Source: Azolla caroliniana
Taxonomy: Eukaryota > Plantae > Polypodiophyta
Assembly: GCA_043228905.1 (NCBI GenBank)
Contig: JBHGNT010000002.1
Span: 23,622,001 to 23,686,000 of the forward strand
Length of the DNA: 64,000 nucleotides
Direction: 5' to 3'
Positions 33,732-47,900 of this stretch are shown one piece after another; position 1 is the first letter of the stretch; every line of letters begins with the position of its first letter. A program made the translations under genes and the position numbers. The notes under the pieces are model-generated. The model saw only the letters and a program-made list of their open reading frames with translations. It had not been told where the DNA came from and made no database searches.

Positions 33732-36477
33732 CCCTTTTAAAAATGTTTCTTGAGAAAATGGTATTATAAATTTTTCTTCTTCTCTTTCTTCTCTTGGAGG
33801 AAGTTTTATCTTGATATGGGAGTTCAGTTTGTGATTTTTGTTTGGGCTAAGGATTGTTTGTTTATGAGATCTGCTACTTGGGTGGGGGCATTATGCATTA
33901 TACAAATCATTGACTTCTAAGACAGTGTTTTGAGAATGTTCATATGTTTGTTATCTAAAGGATTCCAAAGTTATAGCAATGATTGTAGATCAGCTCCCTT
34001 TACCTGGACCCAACCCCCTCAACTCTGAAGTCAGAAATACATGTAGAGACTGGTGGTGATTTAAAGTGCTTACCGTCATCACGATTGGTTTTTAGTTGTA
34101 CACAATTAAGACTGCTAAGATCATTCTAGAGTTGAACATGATGTTCTAAGGAAGAAACATGAGAATCAAAATTATGTACGGTTCATGGTTACTAAATACC
34201 CAATGTGTCCAATAATATGATATGGTTGCGTGACATGCAAGGAAATCACGTTTAAGATGGAATTTTTATGTTTAATATGTTTTAAATGATGTTGAGATAG
34301 TGCCATGCCATATCTAAAAAAGGGTATGGTTTTGGTTCTATTTCCATGTAGTGCCTGTTATGTTTATTCAATGGTTTAGCTTTAGTGTATGCAACTCAAA
34401 AGTGTGGGATTGCTCATTTTCTCTAATGGAGGAATTCTTGTTTAGATGATACATTCAATATGCAAGTTGAATAATGCTCATGTTCAATATGCAAATTGGT
34501 TTTCTCATTCTCATCTTCTGTTTATGCTCTTGGAGTAAGCACTTGTGATTTAAGTGAAGAATCTAACTTTGCAAAATTTTATGTATGGAAGGGAAAGTGG
34601 TTTTATGTCAATGATGTGTTTTCCATCTTTTCCATGTTTGTACAAGGTAGTTTAGATGTGAACAAGTGCCTCTAATTATGTCTCAAAGGAGGAGGCATTC
34701 ACTGCTAAATATGAATGAGGACTTCACACTAGTAGATATTGCACAAAGCTTTAATGTTTTCCTTCCAACAAGAAAGGTTAGCGGTTGCATTTGAAACCCA
34801 CACATCTAGTCATGTTTGTTCAAGCAGCCCAATGTACTAAACTAACTTGGTGAATACTGCTTAACTGCATGTGAACCATACATACATATATCTATGGAAT
34901 CAAACTTCTTTTGCAAATAATTATTTTTGGTGTCTGGTTCAATCATGTTTACCCTGAAACTACTTTTAGTTTACATTAATGTGCAGCAAAGATTCTGAAA
35001 CACACTTTCAAGGTGGTTAATTCATTGAATGTTTAAAACAAATGACTCGTTTGGGTGGTAATATATCGACAACAAGCTTCTAGGTATGACAAACGTTTGC
35101 ATTTTTAGATAACATTGAATCTACTAGAAGGGCAAACATGATCGGACATTGTTCCTAAATCTCCAATATAAACTAGTGCCTGCATCTTTGAGCTCCCAGA
35201 TTACATTGGAGATGAATTGCATGCATTCCTAGGTGAGGTATGCTTTTCCATAGGTTGCATTGCCTTTTAATTTCGCAACTCTTTACAGGTTAACAAGATT
35301 TCATGGATTATTGGTTGCTTGCACCAATTTTCAATTAATTGTGATGTTTTGAAAACAAACAATTTTTATGCAGTAACAATAATTCTATAGCATTCTTAAC
35401 AAATGAACCAACAGAGTGGAGTAGGTATGCAGCAAGTGTAAATATAATCTTAATATTTAACTCATCATTACCAATATTGCATGTGTAAACACATACAGTT
35501 ATACATTATTATATTATAGGCATCACGAAATGAATTGCAGCTAACTTAAGTCCAGGTGCAAATGTAAAAGGTATGCATACAGCAAGTAAATACATATACA
35601 TACATTATGAGTATATACATACCACACACTTCATACTAAACCTACATATATTTGCTGTGTAAACACATGAAAATGCTGCTATAGGCATCATTAGAAATTT
35701 TTCTTTCATACATAAACAAAAGAAATGCAGCAAGCTTAATCCATATGGAGTACGCGGAATTTACTATGTATAGATTCACTATCTCATACAATAGTCATCA
35801 CAAGCAACACCACGATAAATAATATCATCACCAACAATCTTTCTCTATCATACACAATCAAAACGATATGCAATAATAACCTCTTAACCCATCTACACAG
35901 ACTGCGTATGTTGTGTATGTAGTCAACATACACACACGTGAACTCTCATTCTACAACCATGACAAAATAAATAAGACAGTAAAAAGTCATCACTGTCCTA
36001 TATGGATCCCTATGCCTATTCAATCAATCAATCTCCCTCTTCAAGGAATCAATCCCCCAGTAATCCTTTCTAATCTTGATTTTCTTTCTATGCATATCCA
36101 AGCTAGTCCAAGTCTTTTTTTGGTTGTGTTCAGGACAGCAAACTACTAGACAATACACTAATATATGTGATATTTGAGAACCATCATCATCAGATCAACT
36201 TTTCTTCAGCCTTTTTGAGATCCACATTCTATTTTACTCCACTAAAAGATCAACACATCTTTTTGAGTTTAATAACAACTTTCTACTTCCGGTAAGTTCC
36301 CAAAGAAACTTTGCATCATCATGAAGAGGACTCAATTGCATCTTTCTTTTGTATTGGCCATTACAGCCATTAGTATATCCCTCTAGAGAGAATATTCTGT
36401 TTGATTGTATTCCTTTTTTCTTAGTTGGAATTATATAGAGAAAAAAGGAGCCCTCTCACGAGAAAAAGAAAATGCCA

Positions 36478-36855
36478 TTACAATCTTTTCAAGCTTTTCT
36501 TCCTTGCTTCCATCTTCTTCTTGTCCACAGGCAATTTGGCTGAAGAACTGAGCTCGCCTTCAAATTTCTTGCCCAATAACGGCACTGCACTGTTATTAGA
36601 CCCACCATTCGTAATACCTTCAAGGCTAATTTGATCCTTCTGTGATATAGTATTTACGATAGAAGGGAGCGGATGTGAGGTGATAGTATCTCCAGATCCT
36701 GCATTGACTGTAGTTGATTCCCCTATGCCCACAACTTTGGTCTTTGGTTTTGGCTTTATAGCATGTATGCTTGTCAATAACCTTAAAAAGAAAACATGTT
36801 CGTAAGATAACTTTTATCTGTATATACATCCATGCACAATACAATACATGCATGT

Positions 36856-36894
<39 letters not shown>

Positions 36895-39800
36895 GTGTAT
36901 GGAACTACTATATGAATAATATTGATGATAATCTACCTAGCATGTCTAGCATATCCTTCATAATCCTCCATCAGCAGCTTTCCAGCCTCTTCATTTAGAG
37001 CAGACTCAGGAAAAGGCTCGATTAGCAAGCATCTCACAACCTGTTACATTTTTAATAGCATACAGAAAACATGTTTATCTTCATATTAATAATCAAGATC
37101 AAGAATGCAAAGACAACTAAATGACTCTGTGAGTCAAATAATTTAAACAGAATACACACCAGATTACTTATGTATTATTCACATATATGCATGTGTATAA
37201 AGATAGGTAGATGCACAAAGATCAAGTATAATTGACTGGGCAGTTTTTTATATCATGAAAACCAGTAAGTAGGGAAATATAGTTAATCTTCTCAACATTT
37301 CATATATATTAGATTATTGGTGAATATTAATAGTATATTGCTTATTGATGTGAGTTGTTCAAAAGTATTCGTGGTAAAAAATTGCAATTTCTTTCAAAAG
37401 CCTTGAAAACGGGTCAATTGGCAATTATTTGCACACAAAATATTCCAAATATTGTTACCATGAGGACATGCCGTAAACCAAGGGTGGGTTTCCAATCTTT
37501 CTTCAATGTGTTGACACAAACTTCTCCAGTCTTTGAGATATTTGGATGAAAAATCTTTGTCATGAAATAGCCTGTGGAAACATATGTATATAAGTAAATA
37601 TAATATACACATACAATTACTCTTGGAATATTGTATTACATTATGGACAACGTAAAATTTACAGATGTACAAATGACCACTAAGCACCTGACAACACACA
37701 CACACACACACACACTCTCTCTCTCTCTCAAAATGGCGACTATTTATACATATAATCGGAAAGAAATGCACACGCTTGTCTACTTATGATCAGAAAAAGG
37801 CTACTTCATACAAACCTTTTGGTGGTGTCTGAGGGAAATCCTGACTCAGAGCCAGCTTTATCCGAAAAATACCTCCTTCATATGGTGTCCCAGCTACAAC
37901 ATATTAAGACCAACAAAGTGCAAGTGAGAAATGCTCCACATTGAACACTCACAGTACACCTTATTGTATTTCTTTGAAGGTGTAAATAATGGCATTACTT
38001 ACAGGGTCCTTCAATATCTGCAAAGATTGTAGATAGATTGTCATCATTAACTATTACACGAATATCTTCTGGAGGGCTCTCATCAAGGCTCTTGAGCTCA
38101 CGTGCTAGCTCTTTGATCACTCTAGGTGGAAGGTTTTCATTAGTAGCCTACATGAAACAAACACAAAGAAAACAATTTATACACGTAAAGAGAATTATTT
38201 ATTAGCACACCAAAAATCCATCACTAACTATTATCATAGCTGCTCAAAGAATGCATTCAAACAATGTTTTCATTACATTAAATCCAACTTTACAATAGAG
38301 CAAATTGCAGACACAATTTGCAAGCTTCATTACCATTGTGCACACACCATATACATCAAGAATTATAGTCATAATTTAGTTAGACAAATGTTACATCCAT
38401 TTTTCAAGCCTGATTACCAAGATGTGAGTATGGTATATTATCTGAGGCATCACATCTATTTGCTACTAGGCATATGGTTAGATAACCACTGTACCCATTT
38501 GAGTTGCAATCATGATTCGTAGTAGATCATGTGAGAATGATCAGCCTAGCATTACAAGATTAAAGCCATTCTTTGGCTAAATGATCAGCCTAGTCCACAA
38601 ATTGAAGTACTTTGTGGTGAGCTTACCCATATCCTGTGAGGGCTATGATTGATTGTCTTTGAACAGGGGTGGCTGATGACTTTTGTGATTTTTGGGTTTT
38701 CATAATGGGGACATTCTTACAGTCACATCAGGTCTCCACCAGTAGGGTTGTTCTTCTGGTCATGTCAGTTTTGGACGTGTAATTAGGGCAAGTGTATTTT
38801 GGAAGTCGTTGAATGTATTTTTTTTAAACCCATTGCTGACTCTTTTTCAGTGCAGCAAATAGAGTACACTCAGGTGCCACTTGTTTGCCCATATTAACTG
38901 TTTTACGTCTAGGTATGTGAATTGTCAGGAGTTCCCACAATCATGATGCTAGTTGTGGCCATGATTTGTCTCTTACTGCTGGCGGTACCACAAATTTAAT
39001 ACTGTTTAGGTAGCCACAACTTAGCTGCACCTTTATGCAAAAATGAGCTGCCATGACAGTATTGTAATGATTGCAGGCGTCCGTTGGGACGTGTCTTTTT
39101 GGCACGCCAAATGACAGCTATACCTTTGTTAGGAGGGCTCTCAACTGGATACATATTGATATTCTCCCATGTATTTCTTTCTTTCGTTTGAGGTCTTTTC
39201 ATCCTTGTGACATGTATGAGGTTGGAAATCGGTTTTAATTTGAGCCTCTGGATGCTTGGTTCAATCATGCATTCGCTTGCCTGGCACCAATCTAGTCCTA
39301 ACATACACTCCTCTTGACGGATGGATACGAAAATAAACCTTGCACAGTAAACCTGCGCATCATGGTTTGGACTTCACAAGAGAGGTTCCCAGGCAAGGAA
39401 CTTCTACTCATTTAATATGGAACCCTCTCTTAGTGGTAGAAGTTCACAAGAGAGGGTTCCCAGACAAGTATATTATGTGAGAGGAATTGCATCTGTTCAC
39501 AAACCAGCAAGATTATAACCACCATTTGGTTAGATAATAGTTAGTTTGCAAACTAGATAGTTACCCTTTGGTAATCATCCAAGAAATCACATCTGTTTAC
39601 TACCTGGCATGATCATATTTATTTAGATGCGAATCTTATGCTTAATGTGTTCACATAGAACCCATCATTAAGTTAATGCATTGATATAAAACAAATGAAT
39701 ATTATGAATGCAGAAAATATTCATTTAATACAACTAAATGCATCAACTGTCTAAGACTAAGAAGCTTATTCTAAAGGTTATAAGGCATAGCAATAACAAA

Positions 39801-40803
39801 CGCATTTCTTTCTTTCTTCGGCTACCTAACTAAACCAACAAAATAGACGATGAAGACAACCAAAAGTTGCACAAACCGGATTCTGCATGACATAACTAGA
39901 TGCCAAACGAAGATCGCTTTAGGAAGTACACTTTTCTGCTTTCAGTATCAGAGTAAATGAATTCATAAAAAGATTTCCAGCTAGTACAGCGTCATAGACC
40001 AGATTGGGTAGTAAAAATACAATTTTTTTGGTATGTTGAAGACCTCTCTCGAGATGTGTTAGTGAATAATTAGAAGGAGGTAATTAATCTCAGACATTAA
40101 TATTTCATAGACCAATATTGGACAACGTAAATATGGCCTCAAATAACCGAATCCATAAACATAATCAGATGTCAAATTAGTAGAACATCAAAGGTCAAAA
40201 TATAGGAGTCAGAAAGTAAGTTTTTCAGTCTCTTGAGGACCTAAAATCAAATTGGGTGGTAAAAAATCAAGAAATTTCAGTGACAAAGATCAAATTGGGT
40301 AGGAAAAAATCAACAAATTTCAGCGACTTCAAGAATAAATACCAACTTGGGCTGTAAAAATCGCCAAATTTCCGTGACTTGAAGACCAAATATAAAATAG
40401 GATAGTGACAATTTCAGTGGCTTGAAGACCAGACACCAAATTGCGGACAACAAAGTTCGGTGATTTGAAGACCAAGTTAACATCAGGTAGTGAAATCAAC
40501 ATTTCAGTGCCCTGGAGACCGAAGAATGCGACGGCTTGCTCGTAAGTATTAGGGTTTAGGAGAAATAATCTTGTTGTTCCAAGGTTAAACAGTGCATTCC
40601 ACGGTTAAACAGTAAAAAAAACACTTATTACATACATAATTTCATGTTTTCAAAGCCTAGACTGAAAGCTTAAAATCATTAGACCATTTGATATTTATCT
40701 ATATCAAGCTATATAGAAAACAAACTTTTTTCAAAAATCAAAAGCAATGTGAATCGACGTAGAGAACAATATACCAGGAATGGAACAAAATATACAGTTA
40801 AAA

Positions 40804-40849
<46 letters not shown>

Positions 40850-40918
40850 TCTTGCGGAGAGAGACAGAGGGTAAATAGAAGAGAGAAAGCAGGAGAAGGT
40901 GAGGTGGGTAGTTACCAT
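36478..40918 (-). CDS. UBC22: Ubiquitin-conjugating enzyme E2 22 (UBE2S-type), 248 aa
   Basis: ATG at 40918-40916 directly before GT, then exons 38147-38003, 37893-37816, 37571-37459, 37040-36937 and 36781-36478, total 747 nt. [33 protein letters not shown]...[12 protein letters not shown] (catalytic Cys), [14 protein letters not shown] and the UBE2S-type basic tail ARKKSLKRL. Confidence 0.95.
40245..40522. repeat. Degenerate ~45-52 bp tandem array in UBC22 intron 1
   Basis: About 6 units AAATTGGG..GTAAAAATC...AAATTTCAGTGACTTGAAGACC. Confidence 0.7.
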
Positions 40919-41490
40919 TTAAGGCAAATCTGGAAGGGGGAATGGGGAGGATGGATGGATTTCCTTCTCTCAGAAGCTCTCTGCTGCACGAAACGGCGAA
41001 GAAACGCCCACAAATGAAGATCAAGAGAAGAGCTCCTTTCCTTCTTCCCTGTGATAGAAACGCCCACAAGCAGGAAAAATGAAGAAAAAGAAGAAGAAGA
41101 AGAAGAAGCAAAGAAAAGACAGAGACAGAGACAGAGAGACAGAGACAAAGAGAAAGAGAAGAAGAGAGAGAAGAAGAAGAGACTGTTTTCTCCTTCTTCT
41201 CTTTCCTCTAGTTTTTCTTCTTTCTTCTTTCTTCTTTTATTTATTTATATAAAATTTTTTTACTCATTCATCATATGTCTGTATTTATTTCTTCCTTTGT
41301 ATTTATTAATATATATTTATTAATTTCTTTATGTAGCTTTACTTACATACATACATTATACATACATACATACATCTCTCATTCATTGATGAATGTGATT
41401 TACTTACTCAATTGCTATTCATTCAACTAGCCGTTACATCTCTTCTGTCTATGTGGATAGATGGATCTATTTAATCTCGGTCCCCTTCTC

Positions 41491-41501
41491 TATGTGTATG
41501 A

Positions 41502-41592
<91 letters not shown>

Positions 41593-41711
41593 GTGTGTGT
41601 GTGTGTGTATGTGCATGTGTGTGTGTATGTGCATGTGTGTGTATGTGTGTATGTGTGTATGTGTATGTGTGTGTAAGTGTATGTGTATGTGCATGATGTG
41701 TATGTGCATGA

Positions 41712-41790
<79 letters not shown>

Positions 41791-41905
41791 GGGTATGCAT
41801 ATGCATATGCGTATGGGTATGCGTATATTGTCAATGACATGGTATGTGTATGGGTATGCGTATGCGTATGCGTATGCGTATGGGTATGCGTATATTGTCG
41901 ATGAC
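41491..41905. repeat. Long (GTATGT)n / (GCGTAT)n microsatellite
   Basis: About 400 bp of hexanucleotide-period repeat upstream of UBC22. It produces the spurious MCMC/HIHI ORFs. Confidence 0.97.
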
Positions 41906-41999
41906 ATGGTTCTTGTCGATTGGAAAATGACCATGCCTCCTCAAGACTTCATGTTTTGCTACTCATAGGTTATTTACCACCAGACTAGAGCCTTTCTAA

Positions 42000-44900
42000 C
42001 TTTGGGTGTGGATTTGTCATCCGTTTGTTGTTCGGATATGATCCCAAGTACATTTGATCCTTGAAATTTTGCGCCTCCTTTTTTTCCCTTGGAGAAATAT
42101 CCTTTCATTAGTTATGAACAATTATTACAATAAAAACTGACCTACCATCAAGCTACCATAGATCTGGTGCATTCTTCCTTAGGTCCCATCCCTCAAGGAT
42201 AAATAGTATGAACACTCCACCACTATAGCATAACGCCTATATCGTGTGCTTGGAAAGGAACTTGCATTTGGATTTATGATATGTTGTAGGGTGATTGATA
42301 ACAGGATTGGGTGCCATTAACCTCCTTTTGTGTCCCTTTTTACAGGGCTAATTGATTACGGCATATTCAATGACCGATATAATGGATGATCATTTATTGA
42401 TATGTTCAGATGGATCAATGTTTGCACCATGTTGATAATGTGTCTAAGGGAAATGGTTGCCCACTCATACTTTTATATAAGATGGTGCACGTTTTTATAA
42501 TATCAAGCATTACAAGGCTTTTTTACATGATGACATTAGCTTGGCGTATAGCATGTGAACTAAGGATCCATGCATAGGGATGGGTTACGTATTGGATGGA
42601 AATGATGGGTCACGTTATGAGAATGCACTTAATGGAGTTTATAGGATTGCGTACATGAATTCAATATATGTTTAAATGTTATTCAAGGAAGTTGGGTTGG
42701 GAATGAGGATTCCTCATGTGATTTTTGATCAACTGCAAATGCATCCATCCTTGATCGTGAACCACTTTGAGGACGAGGGTGGATTGGACCGAAGTCATGA
42801 CCATGTATTGTTATAGTTTTCAACCCTTGGTTTGAGTTGATTGATAGTATCATCATTCATGGAATAATGAAGGAGGATCCCTCATTTGGTTCAAAGGTGA
42901 ATCATAATGGTATTGTTGATGAAGCGAATTGCAGAGAAAGAATATTACCATATTCATATACGAGTGAGATATATTTGGGAGCCATTGATTGATGATGACA
43001 AAATACTTTTATTTTCTTTCTTTTCTAAAGGCAATTTGTAATTTGGCTCTCTTGACCCCACATATTGATATCATGTGTGTAAAGGACCAACATGGAAACC
43101 ATACTATGTAGAAAATTGTCCCTTTACAATGAGAATGATTTGAACACTAGTCAACATCATCTCCGTCCTTCAAATTCTCGTCATGACTATGTTTTTTTCA
43201 CCATTTTATACAAGAGCAATGTAATCCTTTCAACCCTAGGTTGTGAATATGCATACACTTGTATGTAAGATTTTTAAGAGAGAAGGCAACTACGGAGACT
43301 ATGTACTCTTTAAACTAAAAACATTGAATATTTTTTTACACTGAACTGAACTTTGTGGCCATGTGTTTAGCATTGCCATCGTATTCAAGCCTTGATTTAT
43401 GGAAATTGAAATAGTATGGCTATTTTCGAGGGGAAAGGTATTGGTTGTGTATGTTATTTTATAAACAAACACATGAAAGCTTTGAGGCTAGTTACTTTAG
43501 ACTCAAAGCCCCAACCATAAGGTTATGAAGGCAATGCCTAGTATTTCAGCAAGTGATGTATTATTTCCTAACACAATTCTTCTATTTTTGCCTACGCAAA
43601 TTGCATACCTAATGTCACAAAACAAATCGCATACCTAAATGTCACAAAATTTCTTTGTTTGCTAATGAAAAATAGTTATTGTAAACAAACAAAGTTCTTG
43701 AAAATAAGCTTAGTTTTTTTAATGATCCAAAGGCATTTCCCCTTTTTAAGGGAAGAGAACCTATTTATGCATATAAAGAAAGATTCCTAAGCATGCCTTC
43801 CAATCCATGATCTGATTTTTCAACAATAGTCTCAAGCTCGACATTCCAAGACATCCAAATATATGAGCATTGGGGGTAGACTCATTCAATCGATGAACAC
43901 CTTCATTAATGTTTTTTAAGAGGATATATACTAGACAAATATGATACATATGCACACATGTAGGCCATGCATGCATTCGGCCATATGCATACACTGTTAC
44001 ACATATAATATTGACTTTTCATGTCATGAAGAGTGAACCTTGTTGCAAAACTAGAGAGTGTGAAGTATGATGGTGTTCCGTATAATGTGGGAGATTGAGA
44101 AAATTATTTTCTCAACAAATATGTAAGCATGTCTTCAATGATCTCTATTTGTTCCATACTCTAAATAATCTCACAGAGGAATGTCCCACCTTAAAAAGGT
44201 TCATAAAACTAGGCATCAAGGATTTTTCGATGATGTTCTGCAATGATAAACATGACCCTCTATTACGAGGCTCAAACTCTTTATGTACCGTGTGCAACAT
44301 ACGGCATCAAATGTTAAAAGTGTTCATATATCTCCACACATTACCACATTAAAAGTATGGTCATATGGAAAACCAAATATAATCCCCAACCATAAGCAAC
44401 GATAAGATTAACGATAATGAAAAGACTACTTGCATAGTATCACTATGTATACGTTGGTTTCAAGTCAAAGGACATGTCAAATCGCTGATTTTTGTTGACC
44501 TGTGACTTTAACGAATTGTCAATAATAGAATCAATTCTTGAAAACATAAGACACTTACAAAAATCAATATTCAAAGTTTTCCCAATGTTATGTTTTCATT
44601 ATATTGGAATGCCATTTCAACTAAATTGACAATGGTGAAATCGATCATAATCCTTGTGTAACATGTAGGATATTTTACTTATTTATTTATCGAGCTTGAA
44701 TTCTTGAATGACGTCTTATGGAGTTATCCCTCACATTGAGCTAGTCATGTAAATGATAAACTTGCATACCTACTACATTCAACACTTGTCGTGTATGTTA
44801 ATCATGATAATGGTAAACATGATTGGCCACATGACCAAATAGATACTTGTGGATTTGGTTTATCATTAACTACAATAGATGCTTGTGGGTTCTAGCCATC

Positions 44901-47900
44901 AACAGGCACTTTGTAATGTGGAAACATATAAATTTCCTCAACAAAACTATGCTTTTGGAATTGACAGGGAACTATAAGCTAGCTAAAATTAGTCTTAATC
45001 AATTGTTTCTTCGTTCTTTATCACTATTCCTATTACAATAGAAAATTTTGATTCCCTTTAGTTTATTTGGATAATGTAATGTTTCATAATGGGTCATCTT
45101 TAATCCAAACCATCTCATTTGATTTGAGAGCCACATCCAGCTTTACAAGTTGTCTTTCAAATGCATATCGACGTCAACCATGACTACATCATGATACTAT
45201 GATAACATTAACGGCTTGGAAATAATAATGTAGTGTCATGATTGTATGACTTACATATCTCATTGAAAAAATACATGTCCAATGTAGTGTAGGCTACACT
45301 CATTGAGGATTAAACACTTCACATAATTGTAGTAGTTATTTTATGCATGTTTAAAGGCCAATTCAATGTGTCGAGTAATAAACACAAGTGAAATGAAATT
45401 GATGAAAGTTTCCATGATTTCAGTCATATATGTTTATGCGATACCAACTTAACATGTTTATCTCATGTAAATGTTACCATGGCATGAATACATGTATTTA
45501 AGAGGTGTAGTGAAAATATTATGGAATGCAGTTAATTATTTTCATCCTCAAGACCTAAAATTTTAATGTTGGTTTCTAGTTTGTCATGAATAAATGACAC
45601 AACAAACTACTTTACAAAAGTTTTACAATGATGAGTTTGTCTTCAAACTCAACGACATGACATGTTGTTGCTCACAATTAGACAACTGTGTTATTGATAG
45701 TTACTTTTGTCTATTATAACTTGTAGTTGTTCATAAGTAAAAAATCATGACATGTAATGCTACAATACGTTGGAATTTAGAGATATGGATTGGAAATACG
45801 ACTAAAACTATGGTTATTTACACAAAAAGAGAGTAGACAATTGTTTAACGAGGTTCACTTGATAAATGCATATATAATTGGTATGATGGTGACTATTTGT
45901 AACATTAAGTGTTTTCAAATTGTTCATTCATAACACTTTGTCATATTATAGAATATAATAGCGTGAGAAATTATAATGTCAAGAACACTCTATTTCAATG
46001 AGAGCACTCTTCAAAGAAAAATTTATCGACATTTTGTAGCATATATTAACGAGTGAAGGGTAAAGTCTTTTGAGGAGATCCACGCGCACGGAAATTGAAT
46101 ACATTTCATTAACATACCCGGGATGGTTGAAATCAAACTTTGATGAACAACTTTCAAAAGGTCTTAAAAGCTTTTTTTACTAGTGAATCATGGACAATGA
46201 CAACCATAAAATTAAGCACCATGACTTAAACATTTGTCTTATTATGCATGCATAATATGCATCATGTTGAAATGGCTGACATAGCTCATACTAAGCTTTC
46301 TACGAACATTGTTTTTCTAAGTATAGTTTTATTTCATATAAGCTTTTGATGCAATGAATGACATCTCTCCAAGTGACTTTATAAAAGTTCCGCAATTGAT
46401 TGGTGGACCACAATTGCCATGCTCATAAAAAAGGTGTGATTGTGCCATGTTGCAGTATTGGTTAAAAGAAGTGATGATCTGCAGATTTAATGCATATTCA
46501 ACCTAAACATTGATTCACTCTATGCATTATAAATTAGATAGCATTCTCGCAATCGCATGAGGAATCATGACACATTTAAGTGGCTAATGATTCAAGTAGG
46601 ATTATCTTGTGCTTTCATGTGGTTATAAAGTGGGAGAAGGATAATAAAAAATTGGCCATGATTTCATATCATACAACTTTCTTCTAGATGCCATACCTAT
46701 ATATCATGGAAATGGCTTTGTTGTAGCTAGCTAAAAAAGGCAAAGTTGATTATGACTTTGTCACCACCAAATATAACATAACATAGGTATGTAAGTGGAA
46801 AGTGACCTCGAGGTTTGTGGATGTCCTACTTTTGATCTTTGCATGTCATTGCCATTTTTTCATGCTAGTTATAATAATACGTAGCTATAGGTTTTCCGTC
46901 TAAAGTTGGTTCATGTATGACGTGTGTTGCATCTTTATCACGCCTTTACGAAGCACGATAATATTTACGGATGCTTGTGTTATCACGTATTCATGTTCCA
47001 ATGAAATTTATGCATAAAATAAAAAATGATTTGTGGAAAATGTATGTGCTTTGTCATAAGTTTCACTTGTGATTTTAGAAGGAAAAGGATGGGAGATATG
47101 GTGTGTTTTCCTCTTGCAATAAACAATGGCCAAACTCAACCAAATCATGTAGGATTGAACCTAGACACTTCAACATATGCCAATCAAGCTCACAATAAGA
47201 AGATTTGCCTACAAATTAAAGTCCATCAAATTTTCTTAGTAAGAAGGTGTCAAAGTCGTAGAACTCTAAATTGTTAGAATGGCCTATCAAACTTTTTTAT
47301 AAACTCAATACATGTGGTCCCATGGTCAAGTCCCAATAAGATCTTCTGCCTTCTAGACCCACAATACATCCATAGATACATGGAAGAAAACTTGTTGTAA
47401 CTCCGCATTGTTAGCATCCTTTGAATGAAGTTAAAAGCTCGAATATGTTTTTCATCCACAAAATCAAGTCTCGATGTTGATAGAACTTTCATGGTAACTT
47501 TGTTGTATGTTTGGTGAGCCTCCATGATATTTCCGTATATTGTTTATGTGTCAATTGCACACTCAATGTTGTTCCATGTGTGTAGGAAGTTGTTCACATT
47601 CATTGCCCTATTCGCGCTACCAAACCTTTTATAAGGTTGATTGTCTAGAAAGCCTTAGAACAAGGTGATACAAATACACATATCTTTCTAGAATGTAAAT
47701 AAATGTCACCCTCTAAAAACCTTGATATTATGGAAATTAGTGAAGCTTGGATAGATATGAAGGCCTTGTGCTTAAGTCTTGAGAAGCTGGAATAACCGAT
47801 AGTAGATTTTGTAATATGATATGAATCATGATGCAATGTCAAAATATTGTTTATAAAAGGGGTACATTTAATAATAAAGCTCTTTTTAACTTCGTATAAA

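Noticed and set aside
11558-40918. SUMO/ubiquitin gene cluster (SAE1, UBC22, SUMO-site and SIM-like proteins)
   Set aside because: Housekeeping genes in mixed orientation with no shared regulatory signal seen. Proximity is most likely chance unless synteny is shown to be conserved.
41453-41968. ORFs of 71-171 aa (MCMC.., HIHI.., YTYT..)
   Set aside because: Artefacts of a stop-free hexanucleotide microsatellite. The same applies to the ORFs at 61774-62089.
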